Shown: piece after piece, positions 28,216 to 41,939 of the stretch
Position numbering within the stretch: position 1 is the stretch's first letter
Layout: the number at the start of each line of letters is the position of its first letter
Assembly (NCBI GenBank): GCA_964016885.1
Contig: OZ024744.1
Location: 88,660,001-88,724,000 of the forward strand
From: Eledone cirrhosa
Taxonomy: Eukaryota
DNA length: 64,000 nucleotides
Reading direction: 5' to 3'
Program-made: the position numbers and the translations under genes
Notes under the pieces: model-generated
The model's database searches: none
Seen by the model: the letters and a program-made list of their open reading frames with translations, nothing else
What the model was told of the DNA's origin: nothing

Positions 28216-28392
28216 AATTGTTTCTACTTTTGGCACAAAGCCAGCAAATTACCCAGTACATTACTGATACTTTATTTTATCGACCCCGTATGGATGAAAG
28301 GCAAAGTTAACCTCGGCGGGATTTGAACTCAGATCATAAAGGGACGTAACTATGCTGGAAAGCATGTCCGAGCCTCTACCGATACTGCCAAT
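28216..28392 (-). mobile_element. tRNA-derived SINE copy
   Basis: Same family as 30243-30420. Confidence 0.8.
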
Positions 28393-28399
28393 TCATAAT

Positions 28400-29135
28400 A
28401 TAATGCTTACAGAACGAAAACACAAACAAATATAATATATACAAAGGGAAGGGAAAGGAAAAAAGAAAAAGGAAAAGAGGGAGAAAATTTCACAAAGCAG
28501 GTAATGCACACACCTACGACCACATACAACAAAAGGCAGGCGAAAGAAGTGGACAAACGAACAACTACCAGAGCAAAAGATAGAATATCGCGAGGAGCAC
28601 TGGGAAACATCTTTAATAATTTTTTAGTTAAGCCAGCACGCACGCAGCGTTAGATCGGGTGATGGTGAGGCTGAAGTGTGGAACAACCAAGTGCCCTCAC
28701 GAGCATCACCAGTTACGTCAGTTAGGCGAGCCGCCAGTGAAGATAAGAACCTCGCTGTAAGTAGCTCGACTCCCCCAAACGTCTCGAACGCCACAGGCTG
28801 GAAAATTTAGTTAGCCAACAGAGCACGGTATTTTAGGATTTTGTTCCACTCGGCTGCGGAAGCTGAAGCTCTCGCCCTAACCGCAGCATTCAGGATGTGG
28901 GAAGAAGCTAAAGAGTCACTAACTGTGACGTCCCAGATAAAGCATATGCCTCTTGACTAGGGGCAGAGGGTAAGACCGCCAGGTCTTTTCCCATCAGCTC
29001 TGAACAACCCAGACGGTCTCGCTTTGGGATCCAGCTGAATCAGTTAGAGATGTTTGTTTCTGACAGAATCGCTGGAAGGTGTGTTTGAGAAGGACTCTGC
29101 CACCACGACACTATCAGAAATAAGTGGGCGAAGAA
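28400..29135 (-). mobile_element. CRE-like non-LTR retrotransposon 3' fragment (RLE domain)
   Basis: The - strand reads PSGLFRADGKRPGGLTL..FIWDVTVSDSLASS..AAEWNKILKY..FQPVAFETFG with in-frame stops. Confidence 0.8.
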
Positions 29136-29587
29136 GAAGCAGATATTGTCAATTTATTTTTCAAGTTGCATACCATATCTATATGCATATATATTTGCGT
29201 ATAATACCAATATGCACACTACATATGCTAGTAGAAAACCGCCCGAGGGGCAGTACTTCTGCTAGTTATTTATAAAGATTTGTACTTTTTAATGTATAAT
29301 ACTAATACAATGCCCGGCATACATTAATGTTTGCTTATTCTACAATAGAATAACATTCGAAATGATTTTACTTAAGAAAAACATTGAACATTAAAGAAGA
29401 AAGAAATCTTGTTTCTTTTATATTGGTCCCCACCTTGTCATCAAAAAATATATATTATACACATTTACACTCGTACCGTATATAAAACGCATATGCATAT
29501 ATGTATATATATGTGTGTGTGTGTGTGGGGGGGGTTGAAGAAATCAGTGTATTTGAATCTTACATAATTTTATTGAGTACCTTGCTA

Positions 29588-29644
29588 CTGTTATATATAT
29601 TTCAGTGATATATATTATGTAATAGGTACGACCTCATCAGACAG
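29588..29644 (-). ncRNA. Type I hammerhead ribozyme fold (family D)
   Basis: ctgt-CTGATGA-ggt..cact-GAAA-TATATA-TA^acag. Stem I is ctgt/acag, stem III is palindromic, and the site is AUA. Stem II is weak. Confidence 0.65.
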
Positions 29645-29683
29645 CTATTGTGTAATAATTTATTCAACGTGTGATATGTATGC

Positions 29684-29748
<65 letters not shown>

Positions 29749-29972
29749 AGTAGATACCATCAATGGTATCCGATATATATATATATATATATATCGGATA
29801 CCATTGATGGTCTCTACTTATATACGTGAGATGTGAGAGAAACCACAGACTCTCCATCTCAACTCTACTTTTGAAAAGCAGAAGAGCAGCAAAACCGGGA
29901 AAGGAACCAAATAAATATATATATATATTTTTAAATAAGACTCCAGTTGCATTTTCGATTTCATCTTTTCTT

Positions 29973-30018
<46 letters not shown>

Positions 30019-30021
<3 letters not shown>

Positions 30022-30198
30022 CAAAGGAATTGTGGTAAGGAACCAGATGGACCATAGCGCACTAGAGTACTCAATACTTAGGGTAGTAGAGTGGGAAATA
30101 GGAAAAAGTATGACCCCGACGGCAGACCTCAAGCTGTTTCGACAATAGCCGTCGAAACGGCTTGAGCTCTGCCGTCGGGGGTCATACTTTTTCCTATA
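30019..30198. mobile_element. TA-embedded fold-back element (long arm plus inverted short arm)
   Basis: taggaaaaagtatgaccccgacggcaga..gtttcgac pairs with gtcgaaacggcttgagctctgccgtcgggggtcatactttttccta. Copies at 42266-42443, 48431-48640, 59582-59624 and 62327-62530. Confidence 0.8.
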
Positions 30199-30242
30199 TA
30201 TATATATATATATATATATAAATATATATATACTATATTAAA

Positions 30243-30420
30243 TTGGCAGTACGGTAGAGGGTCGGACACCATGCTTTGACGCATAGAGTTACGGCCCTTG
30301 CCATTCTGAGTTCAAATCCCACCGAGGTTAACTTTGCCTTTCAACCTTACGGGGTCGATAAAATAAAGTACCAGTAATGCACTGGGTAATTGCTGGCCTT
30401 GTGCCAAAAAGTAGAAACAT
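30243..30420 (+). mobile_element. tRNA-derived SINE copy
   Basis: A-box-like TGGCAGTACGG, B-box-like GAGTTCAAATCC, conserved central ggggtcgataaaataaagtaccag, and an AT-rich tail. Confidence 0.82.
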
Positions 30421-30476
30421 ATATTATATTATATTATATTATATTATATTATATTATATCATATTATATTATGTTA

Positions 30477-31415
30477 TCTACTTATATATATAACCAGCAA
30501 TTTCTCTGTCTGTCTGTCCGACAGTGGAAACACGTGCGTAGAGAGAGAGTTAGAGTGAAAGAAAGAGACAGAATACGAGAGGGTGATAGCGGGAGGGAGA
30601 GAGGGAGAGAGAGAGAGAGTGAATAGACGCTAAAACACGTGCTACAGAAATATTACCTTTCCCTCTCCACTGACTTTGGTCACTGAGGCCGAGGGAATCG
30701 CTGGTTGCTACAGAGATACCTTACACAAGCCAGAAGTAACCAGTTCGAGGCGGTTCTGACTTGACACCATGCGAAGAAGGTTGCCATTGAATTTGTGGTT
30801 TGAAGAAGGTTGCCATTGAATTTGTGGTTGTTGCTGCTGATAATAAGGACCATTTGAAGAAGTTTGCTGCTGATGAAGTAATTTATTAATCAGATTGTGC
30901 AGTTCCATAACCTACGTTTGATTTGTTCAATTTTTTTGTTCAATTTTTGTTGTTGTTTTTTTTTATTTCTTATTGAAAAAATATAAATAATAAAATATGG
31001 TTAAAAATTTAAATACAATTAAATACGATTTAATTTCCATTTCCAGCAGCCAATGTCCAGTGTTTAATTTCATGAAAAAATTGGAAATAATTCAAAAAAT
31101 TGAAGTTTAACTTTTGAACATTTGTTTTGACAATAAAAAAAAATTTCCTTATTCACACCTAATGGTATGATTAAAATTTCATAGGAATATTTTTTTCTAG
31201 CCGCCAGTTATTTATTTTCTCCTTTTTCGTTTTAACATATTTATTTCAAAGATTTCACCGTATAGATAACATATATATTTATACATGCATAAAAGACACA
31301 CCGAGAGACGCTGAACATGTGGTGCCGAAAACATTTCTCATCCAAATCTCAACAATATCACTATATACACTAGATTTGCTAGCAGAAAACCGCCCACCGG
31401 GTGGTTTTCTGCTAG
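30477..31415 (+). mobile_element. Non-autonomous Helitron-like element
   Basis: A|TC start with (CTGT)n near the 5' end. A subterminal hairpin agcagaaaacc..ggttttctgct ends in CTAG. A similar 3' end lies at about 29226-29265. Confidence 0.6.
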
Positions 31416-32279
31416 TCTATATATATAAAACTGAGGATGTCTGTCTGTGTGTGTGTGAGTTTGAACCACCCAACCGACTGATTTTAAACTTTACACATGT
31501 AATACTTATGATTCAGGGAGTGTTCTGAGCAAAAAATTTCAAATTTTCAATGCCCTAGGGACGGCATTAGGCGATTTAGCGATCTCTCTTTATAATTCTC
31601 AGTCTTTCTGTTTTTAGATAGATACATACATATAACGTCGCGCCCTTATAATATCTGTCTGTATGTCTGTAATGTCTGCATTACATTACTTCCCTGAGGA
31701 TGTCTGTCTGTGTGTGTGTGAGTTTGAATCCCTAAAACTCGAGAAGTACCCAACCGACTTTTTTCAAACTTTACATGTGTATTAATTATGTTTCAGGAAG
31801 TGTTATGCTCCTATCAACTTTTTCATCCCCAAGGGCCCGCATTAGGTGAAAAACTGCGTTTTTTCAGGTTTTTAGGGGGTTTTTTGAGGCGTTATGTCAG
31901 ACTGATTTCCTTGAAATTGTAACTATAAATTAGTCAGTCTCTTCTTCATACCGTGGGCAAAGAAAATCCAACTTTTTTTATGGCCTAGGGCCCGCATTAG
32001 GTAAAAAACTTCATTTTCCCAGCTTTTTAGGGCTTTTTTGAAGCGTTACGACTAGCCGATTTTCCCGAAATTTCAAGGCAAATTATGCAGATAAAAAAAT
32101 TTCATTTTCTTGATCTCCTAGCATTTTTCCTGCTTCATCGAGGAAAATCTTAAAAGATTATCCAGCCATCAGAGTATTTGGTTTATTTTCTTTACATATT
32201 GTCGAGGCATGCAGTAGGTCTGTTGGCGGCCCACGTTCCAAAATACCTTATCCTGTGCAACGCCGGGTACCACTGGTAG
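31416..32279 (+). mobile_element. Non-autonomous Helitron (head-to-tail with the previous element)
   Basis: Starts TCTATATATATAAAACTGAGGATG and ends cctgtgcaacgccggg..GTAG|T. Related copies at 40115-40464 (-) and about 46700-46892 (-). Confidence 0.78.
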
Positions 32280-33058
32280 TATTATATAATATTACATTGT
32301 ATGATTTTATTTAAAAGTGTGATAGTACCAAATTTGCTAGTGTAATAGTACCAAATTGAAACCCACCCTACTCCTTATTTAATAAATAATATACTATTTT
32401 ATAAATCCGTTATGAAATATGATAAAATAGGTTTACTATGTGTGTGTGTGAATTTTGTATTTTTCTTTTCTGATTTGTCTGTCCTGTTTTTTTTTTCTTT
32501 CTTTTTTGTTATAGAAAAAAGAAGTGTTAAATTCTTCTAAAAATTGGTTTTAATCGATACACTTCAGGTTCTATGATTGTGAAGAAATTCTTCAGGACGT
32601 GCATAATCTGGATTTCCTATTTCTTTCTTTCTCTTTTTTTTCTCCAAAGCCATCTTAAACCCCTCTCGCACCACCCCCTCTCTTTTTCTCTCTCTCTCTC
32701 TCTATTTCCTTTTTTTTTCATCTTCCACTTCACTTTCTTTTTGTCTCTACACGTATCTATATTTATATCTAGTCAATCTTCAGATGAAACCCTTCTATTT
32801 CATTAGTTTCTTGTGAGCTACGTCGGAATGAATACATGTTTAAGTTAAAGAAGGAGAGAAGATTTTAAACACTTGGTGTTATATTCCCTTCGTTATATTC
32901 CTTTATCTTTCTATTTTTCTAGCTTTCTATTTTATATTTATATATTACTATATATTTCATTTCTTGTGATTGTCACTAGACAGATTTGTTAGAGTTGGAT
33001 GGAGTTGTTCAGTCAAAGAATTTTTTTTCTGAAAATCAACTATTTATAAAGACATTTG

Positions 33059-33268
33059 GAAGAAGAAGAAGAAGAAGAAGAAGAAGAAGAAGAAGAAGAA
33101 GAAGAAGAAGAAGAAGAAGAAGAAGAAGAAGAAGAAGAAGAAGAAGAAGAAGAAGAAGAAGAAGAAGACGAAGAAGAAGAAGAAGAAGAAGAAGAAGAAG
33201 AAGAAGAAGAAGAAGAAGAAGAAGAAGAAGAAGAAGAAGAAGAAGAAGAAGAAGAAGAAGAAGAAGAA

Positions 33269-33300
<32 letters not shown>

Positions 33301-33304
33301 AGAA
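33059..33304. repeat. (GAA)n/(GAC)n microsatellite
   Basis: Direct reading. Similar tracts at 49022-49268, 51861-52009, 53185-53342 and 55765-55848. Confidence 0.98.
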
Positions 33305-33513
33305 TCATCCAAAGATTTACTTTCTATTAATCTTAAATCCTTAATAGTCTTCAGAAATGTAAGATTAAATGTCTTTATGTCATTCGTTGTGTAGTGCTGC
33401 TGTTATAGGCAGATATATGAAGATATATATGAGAATGTTTATTCCCTGTACACATACACACACACATGCATACACGTTTAGTCACCCACACACACATACA
33501 CACACACATATAT

Positions 33514-33556
<43 letters not shown>

Positions 33557-33573
33557 TACATATATACATATAT

Positions 33574-33659
<86 letters not shown>

Positions 33660-33973
33660 TGTATATATTATATATATATATATATATGTGTGTGTATATA
33701 TATATATAAGTAACTATTCTTATATTCATATTATCTGTATAAATGAAAATGTACATACATATTCACATATATATGTGTGGATGTGTGTATATGTGTGTGT
33801 ATATACATATACATTATTTATATTTCATATATATATATATATATAGATAGATATACATCTCGCCATTTTGATTCATATATTTATATATATGTCTGTGTTT
33901 GAGGGCTTGTTTGTTTATAATACCACTGCTTTAATACTAATATTACAGCCTTATATTTTTTCATCACATTCAC

Positions 33974-34015
<42 letters not shown>

Positions 34016-34052
34016 GTTTCTATGTCTTTTTTTTTCCTTTTCTTATATAAAT

Positions 34053-34195
34053 AATTGTTTCTACTTTAGGCACAAGGCCAGCAATTATCCCAGTGTATTA
34101 CTGGTACTTTATTTTATCGACCCCGTAAGGATTAAAGGCAAAGTTAACCTCGGCGGGATTTGAACTCAGAATGGCAAGGGCCGTAACTCCATGCA
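34053..34195 (-). mobile_element. tRNA-derived SINE, truncated
   Basis: Same family as 30243-30420. Confidence 0.78.
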
Positions 34196-34211
34196 TCAAT
34201 TCTTATATAAA

Positions 34212-34590
34212 TAATGTTTTCTTTATTAACCACAAGGGTTTACATAAAGTAGACATTAAGGACAGTACAGGACAATACAGGACGGTACAAATGGGCATTT
34301 CTGCGTGTAAAAAAAACAGAGGTTGAAATAAAATAACAAAGAAAAATTCCCCAATAGGGGTGAGACTTCCGAGGGACATTTGTGGAGAAAGCCCATTAAA
34401 AGACCACAGTGGCCCTGACCACCAGGGCAAGTGCCCTCTCCCAGTTTTCCACCTTTAATTTACAGACACATACTCAGAGAAGGCCCATTCATTCGGGCCA
34501 TACTTGCTTCTCTCACCCATCTTTCAACAAAATGCTGGGAAGAGAGTACTTCCCTCTCTACCCTGATTTTCCTTTTCAAATGAAATTTGA
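34212..34590 (-). mobile_element. Tx1-like 3' end fragment (same subfamily as 10985-13066)
   Basis: Reverse complement of about 12695-13068. It is followed by a + strand 3' UTR fragment at 34597-34716 (subfamily of 126-3233) that ends in (ATT)n. Confidence 0.85.
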
Positions 34591-34714
34591 AGTTAATTCT
34601 TATATAAATAATAAAAATCTTTACACGCATAAAACCCACATCGTACCGTCCTGTACCGTCCTGTGCTGTCTATAATATTTTTTCTTGATGTCAGCCCTTG
34701 TGGCCAATAAAGAA

Positions 34715-34798
<84 letters not shown>

Positions 34799-35097
34799 GT
34801 TATTGTTACTATTGTTACAATTTATATTTTATTTATTGTTTGTTTTGAAATATTTATTTATTTATTTATTTATTCATATATTTATTTATTTATTTACTTA
34901 TTTATATGTTTATTTCTTTATTATTGGAGGATATGAGCCAAAAAAGCTTGTTGATCAAAATCTGCTGTACTAATCTATAACAGCAACTCGTTCCTTATTC
35001 CTTTCACTTCTCGTAATCTTCTCTGTCAATTTCTATTACGTTGACTGCAATGATTGTCAGCCCTAAAGACATGAAAAGACGCCATTTTCTATTTTCT

Positions 35098-36242
35098 AGT
35101 TGATGTTGTTATTGGTGGTGGTGGTGCTGCTGCTGCTGCTGCTGCTGCTGTTGTTGTTGTTGTTGTTGTTATTGTTGTTGTTGTTGACGATGACGATGGT
35201 GACGACGACAACAACGACGACGACGACGACGATGATGATGGTGATGACGACGATGTCGACGACGATGACGATAACGATGATGATGATGATGACGACGACG
35301 ACGACGACGACGATGATGGTGATGACTATGATGATGATCGTCATCATGATCATGATGACGAATGACGACAACGTTGATAAATATTTGTTGTTTTATGTTT
35401 GTTCTTGCTTTCCGTAGTGATGTTGGTTGTTGGTGATGATAGCTTTTGGTAGTAGGTGTTAGCGGCATTGGTGCTGGTGGTGGTGGTGGTGGTGGCGGTG
35501 GTGGCGGTGGTGGTGGTGGCGGTGGTGGCGGTGGTGGTGGTGCTGGTGGTGGTGGTGGTGGTGGTGGTGGTGGTATTGGTGGTGGTGATGGTGGTGGTGC
35601 TGGTGGTGGTGGTGGTGCTGGTGGTGATAGTGGTGGAGGTGCTGGTGGTGATGGTGGTGATAGTGGTGGCGGTGGTGGTGATGATGGTGGTGGTGGTGGT
35701 GGTGGTGGTGGTGGTGGTGGTGGTGGTGGTGGTGGTGGTGGTGGTGGTGGTGGTGGTGGTGGTGGTGGTGGCGGTGATAGTGGTGGTGGTGGTGGTGTTG
35801 GTGGTGGCGGTGGTGGTGATAGTGGTGGTGGTGGTGGTGGTGGTGGTGGTGGCGGTGGTGGCGGTGGTGGTGGTGGTGGTGGTGGTGGTGGTGGTGGTGG
35901 TTGTGGCGGTGATAGTGGTGGTGGTGGTGGTGTTGGTGGTGGCGGTGGTGGTGATAGTGGTGGCGGTGGTGGTGATAGTGGTGGTGGTGGTGGTGGTGGT
36001 GGTGGTGGTGGTGGCGGTGGTGGTGGTGGCGGTAGTGGTGATAGTGGTGGTGGTGATGGTGGTGGTGCTGGTGGTGGTGGTGGTGCTGGTGGTGATAGTG
36101 GTGGAGGTGCTGGTGGTGATGGTGGTGATAGTGGTGGTGGTGGTGGTGGCGGTGGTGGTGGTGGTGCTGCTGCTGCTGTTGTTATTCGTGGTATTGGTGG
36201 TGGCCGTCTTGGTGCTTGTGGTGGTGGTGGTGGTGGTGGTGG

Positions 36243-36273
<31 letters not shown>

Positions 36274-36420
36274 GCTGGTAGTGGTGGTGGTGCTGGTGGT
36301 GGTGCTGGTATTGGTGGTATTGGTGGTATTGTTGGTGGTGGTATTGTTGGTGGTGGTGCCGGTAGTGGTGCTGGTATTAGCGGTAGTGTTGGTGGTGGTT
36401 GTGATGGTTATGGTGATATT
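35098..36420. repeat. Compound trinucleotide tract, mainly ~1 kb imperfect (GGT)n
   Basis: Direct reading. It produces the poly-G, poly-V and poly-T ORFs in the track. Confidence 0.95.
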
Positions 36421-36649
36421 TACTTTAATACTGATGTATGATGATGATTGCATGTTTTCCACAAACTTTGATGATGCTGCCACAGTTGTTTATTTTATTG
36501 TATTTCTTATATTTACCATCACTTTTCTTATTACTTTCATTTAAAAATTACTTTTAAAATGCTCTCGAAAATAAATTTCAAGCAGTAATTATATGGACTA
36601 TAAAATCATTTATATATGAAACTGTAGTCATAAACATAAACAGGCAAAA

Positions 36650-37370
36650 AAAAAATAAATTGTTGAGTATGGATAGGAAAACAAGGAAATTATTGACAGT
36701 GCACGGAACATTTCATCCCAAGAGTGACACAGATAGGTTGTACTTGTCCAGAAAAAAGGGTGGGAGAGAGAGGTTTGATCAGTTGTCAGTATTGTGTTGA
36801 ATCAAAGGAGAAAAGGTTTAGGGTGATATGTAAAAAAAATGGCGTGGAACCATTGTTTATGCATGTGAAAATGTCTTGCATCATCAAAACAGACAATTGT
36901 GTTGAGAAAGAAAAAATTAAAGAGATAAAATCACGGAAAATGAAATGGCCTGGAAAGGAAATAAATATATGAATTGTTTGAGATGTGAACACGAAAACAA
37001 ATACAGAAGGTCGATGGTAAAGGATGCGAAAGAGTGACTGAAAGGGAGAAGAAGAAGTATATATCTGTGAGGCAGAACAAGCATTGAGAACACGTTACGT
37101 GATGTACAGAAATGGTAAAACAACTGAGAATGACAAATACAGAATGTGTAGTGAAAGGGGCAAAACAGTGTGGTACATAATTAGTGAGTGTCCGAAACTG
37201 GTACAACGTGAATAGAAAAAGTGGCATGACAATGTGGAAAGAATGATTCATTGGAATCTTTGTAGAAACTGTATCCTGGATAGATCAAAGACATGGTAAG
37301 ACCAAACCACAGAAGGAATTATGGAGGAGAACGAGAACTGCAAAATTCTGTGGTATGCAATGATTCCTCA
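36650..37370 (+). mobile_element. Highly decayed R4/Dong-like fragment (post-RT to CCHC/RLE start)
   Basis: Remnants MDRKTRKLLT, GERGLIS, AEQALRT, ETVWYIISECPKL, KWHDNV and ENENCKILW resemble the 3698-5677 protein. Confidence 0.75.
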
Positions 37371-37670
37371 TCTCCCCCCTCCCCTGTTCTTCCTCCTTTC
37401 CCTCTGTTTCCTTTACTCTCTCCTTTTTTTCTCTCTCTTTCTCTCTCTTTTTCCACCTGGCCTTTTGACTAATAAAAGGCCTCGGGTGCACCCGAACTAC
37501 ACCAATGTCCTGTAATTCAGCGCCGAAACATCGGCTAAGGATACATTTACAGCTGACGATAGAAACTTTTTCCTTTCTCCTGCTGTTCCGTCCTAACCAC
37601 CATCCTAAACCTTGTTTTTAGTAACCACACAGCCCCTTTCGTTTCATAACTTTATATATATATATATATA

Positions 37671-39268
<1,598 letters not shown>

Positions 39269-39274
39269 TATATA

Positions 39275-39351
39275 CAGAGATATTCAAAAAGAATGAACCG
39301 ATTTCATGACGCACTGCTATGAAATCGGTTCATTCATTTTTAATAACCCTG
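39275..39351. mobile_element. Tiny Tc1/mariner-like MITE (two TIRs, TA flanks)
   Basis: TA|CAGAGATATTCAAAAAGAATGAACCGATTTCAT..ATGAAATCGGTTCATTCATTTTTAATAACCCTG|TA. Confidence 0.55.
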
Positions 39352-39455
39352 TATATATATATATATTTGAGAAATTCAGGACTTCGACGGCTGAGCTCCG
39401 TTCATTTGAACAGCTAGATCCGAATGGACTAACTGGTTTTTACCACTTCCATTCT

Positions 39456-39618
<163 letters not shown>

Positions 39619-39632
39619 GTGTGTATATACAC

Positions 39633-39704
<72 letters not shown>

Positions 39705-39708
39705 ATAT

Positions 39709-39824
39709 GTTGTTAATATTTTAAATAATATTAAAAACTCCAAGAAAACTTTCTTGTTAAGTGCTTCTAATCTATTGTAAAATTGAATTCATTGAGTAAT
39801 CAACGAAACATACTAATCTTTCGT

Positions 39825-39901
<77 letters not shown>

Positions 39902-40695
39902 CCAAAGATTAGTATGTTTCGTTGATTACTCAATGAATCCAATTTTATATATATATATACATATATAACCAAAGATTAGTATGTTTCGTTGATTACTCAA
40001 TGAATCCAATTTTACAATAGATTAGAAGCACTCAACAAAAAAGTTTTCTTGGAGTTTTTAATATTAAAATATTAACAAATGAAAAATATTCCCATTATCA
40101 AAATATATACTTTACTAGCAGTGGTACCCGGCGTTGCACGGGATAAGGTATTTTGGAACGCGGGCCGCCAACAGACCTAATAGTAGAAAAACTGCATGCC
40201 TGGACAATATGTCAAGAAAATAAACCGAATACTCTGATGGCTGGATAATCTTTAAGATTTTCCTCGATGAAGTAGGAAAAATGCAGGTTTTCACCCTAAG
40301 CGGGCCCTTTCGGGAAAAATCGGCTAGACGTTTGCTCAGAACACTCCCTGCAACATAAGTATTACATGCATAAAGTTTGAAAACAGTCGGTTGGGTTGTC
40401 TCGAGATTTAGGGATTCAAACTCACAAAAACACAGACTGACATCCTCAGTTTTATATATATAGATTATATATATTTCAGAGGTACTGTGTTGTTTTTTTC
40501 AGTACGTCCTCATCAAACAAAATATATGAAATTCTGGAATTGAATAATCAAGACCGTAGCGGTATGTCATATATCAAATCATATATTCTGTCTGATAAAG
40601 ACGTACTGAAAAAACAACACAGTACCTCTGAAATATATATAATAATGTATATATTTTGATAATGAGTATATTTTTCATTTGTTCATATTATGAAT
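39709..40695. mobile_element. Multi-arm fold-back module with degenerate hammerheads (family E), split by a Helitron
   Basis: The + arm 40588-40645 reads CTGATAA..gtactg/cagtac..GAAATATATATA. The - arm 40465-40525 has core TTGATGA and continues at 40114-39966. Further inverted and duplicated tails lie at 39709-39826 and 39899-39948. Confidence 0.68.
40115..40464 (-). mobile_element. Non-autonomous Helitron
   Basis: On the - strand: A|TCTATATATATAAAACTGAGG...cccgtgcaacgccggg..CTAG|T. It sits between A and T with no TSD. Confidence 0.85.
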
Positions 40696-40807
40696 TATAT
40701 ATATATATAATTAGGAAATAGAAGTTTTCACCCTATTTTTTTACTAAAGAAATTTTAGCCTGATAGAGGGGTTTAGAACCCTCAAAGAAATGGAAAAAGA
40801 TGAGTAT

Positions 40808-40878
40808 TGACGTACATGGGAGTCGAACCCACATCTTTGGTTATCCAGAACACTGTGTCATCATTACACCAACACATC
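40808..40878 (-). pseudogene. tRNA-like cloverleaf, degenerate copy
   Basis: Reverse complement of 41123-41193 with D-arm and anticodon-stem mismatches. Confidence 0.55.
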
Positions 40879-41122
40879 ACCCACCTGCTTCCATTCAAAT
40901 TAGAAGCTACATTCTTAGCAAGTAAATGACAAGTAAGTATGTTTTGAAACAGTGAGCAAGTTTGAAATTAGGAAATAGAAGCTTTCACCGTATTTTTTTA
41001 CTAAAGAAATTTTAGCCTGATAGAGGGGTTTAGAACCCTCAAAGAAATGGAAAAAGGTGAATATTGACGCACATCATACTTGCTAAGAATGCAGCTTCTA
41101 ATTTGAATGGAAGGAGATGGGT

Positions 41123-41193
41123 GATGTGTTGGTGTTATGGTAGCACAGTGGTCTGGATAACCAAAGATGTGGGTTCGACTCCCATGTACGTCA
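41123..41193 (+). tRNA. tRNA-like cloverleaf (GGA in the anticodon position, short variable arm); probably a SINE head or pseudo-tRNA
   Basis: GATGTGT/GTACGTC acceptor, GTGT/GCAC D stem, TGGT-CTGGATA-ACCA anticodon arm, GTGGG-TTCGACT-CCCAT T arm. It has A and B boxes and a T5 run 8 nt downstream. Confidence 0.5.
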
Positions 41194-41340
41194 ATAGTCA
41201 TCTTTTTCCATTTCTCTGAAGGTTCTAAACCCCACTTTCAGGCTAAAATATCTTTAGTCAAAAAATACGGTGAAAGCCTCTATTTCCTAGTTTCAAACTT
41301 GCTCACTGTTTCAAAACATACTTACTTATATATATATATA

Positions 41341-41643
41341 TATGGAGGAAGTTATAGTTCACTTGAAACTTTGTGTAATGAGGTATAAACGTTTGAATTT
41401 GTAAAGCCAAAACAATGCAGGTATGGACATAGAATAAAAATAAAAAGTGCAAATGCATTTGGCTTCACAAATTCAAATGTTTATATATATATATATATAT
41501 ATACATTTGAATTTGTAAAGCCAAATGCATTTGCATTTTTTATTTTTATTCTATGTCCATACCTGCATTTTTTTGGCTTTACAAATTCAAACGTTTATAC
41601 CTCATTACACAATGCTTCAAGTGAACTATAACTTCCTCCATAT
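41341..41643. repeat. ~300-bp palindrome centred on (TA)n
   Basis: 41341-41483 is the reverse complement of 41504-41643, and each arm has an internal inverted segment. Confidence 0.85.
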
Positions 41644-41667
41644 ATATATATATATATATATAAGTAT

Positions 41668-41750
<83 letters not shown>

Positions 41751-41939
41751 TAGCGAAGTAAGCGGTTATTAAACAATTCTCTAAATAAATTAAAAAACGA
41801 TTTAAATAATCACCTGTTCCATTGCTGTTACCGACGGTTTCATCATTTCAAAAGATTGGAAATCCAGAGAAATTCCAATGGAAAGAAATTAATCTTCACC
41901 ACTTACTATGGGGCTTGCAACCTTATGGTGTGGAAATAG

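Noticed and set aside
32773-32866. CAGATGA with flanking complementarity as a hammerhead
   Set aside because: There is no properly placed GAAA-stem III-UH.
35350-36544. Gly-, Thr- or Val-rich 330-380 aa ORFs
   Set aside because: They are translations of (GGT)n, open in several frames at once, with no splice or codon evidence.
41123-41193. Functional tRNA-Ser(GGA)
   Set aside because: It lacks the long variable arm, has three G-U pairs in the acceptor stem and a mismatch atop the anticodon stem, and is embedded in a repeat.
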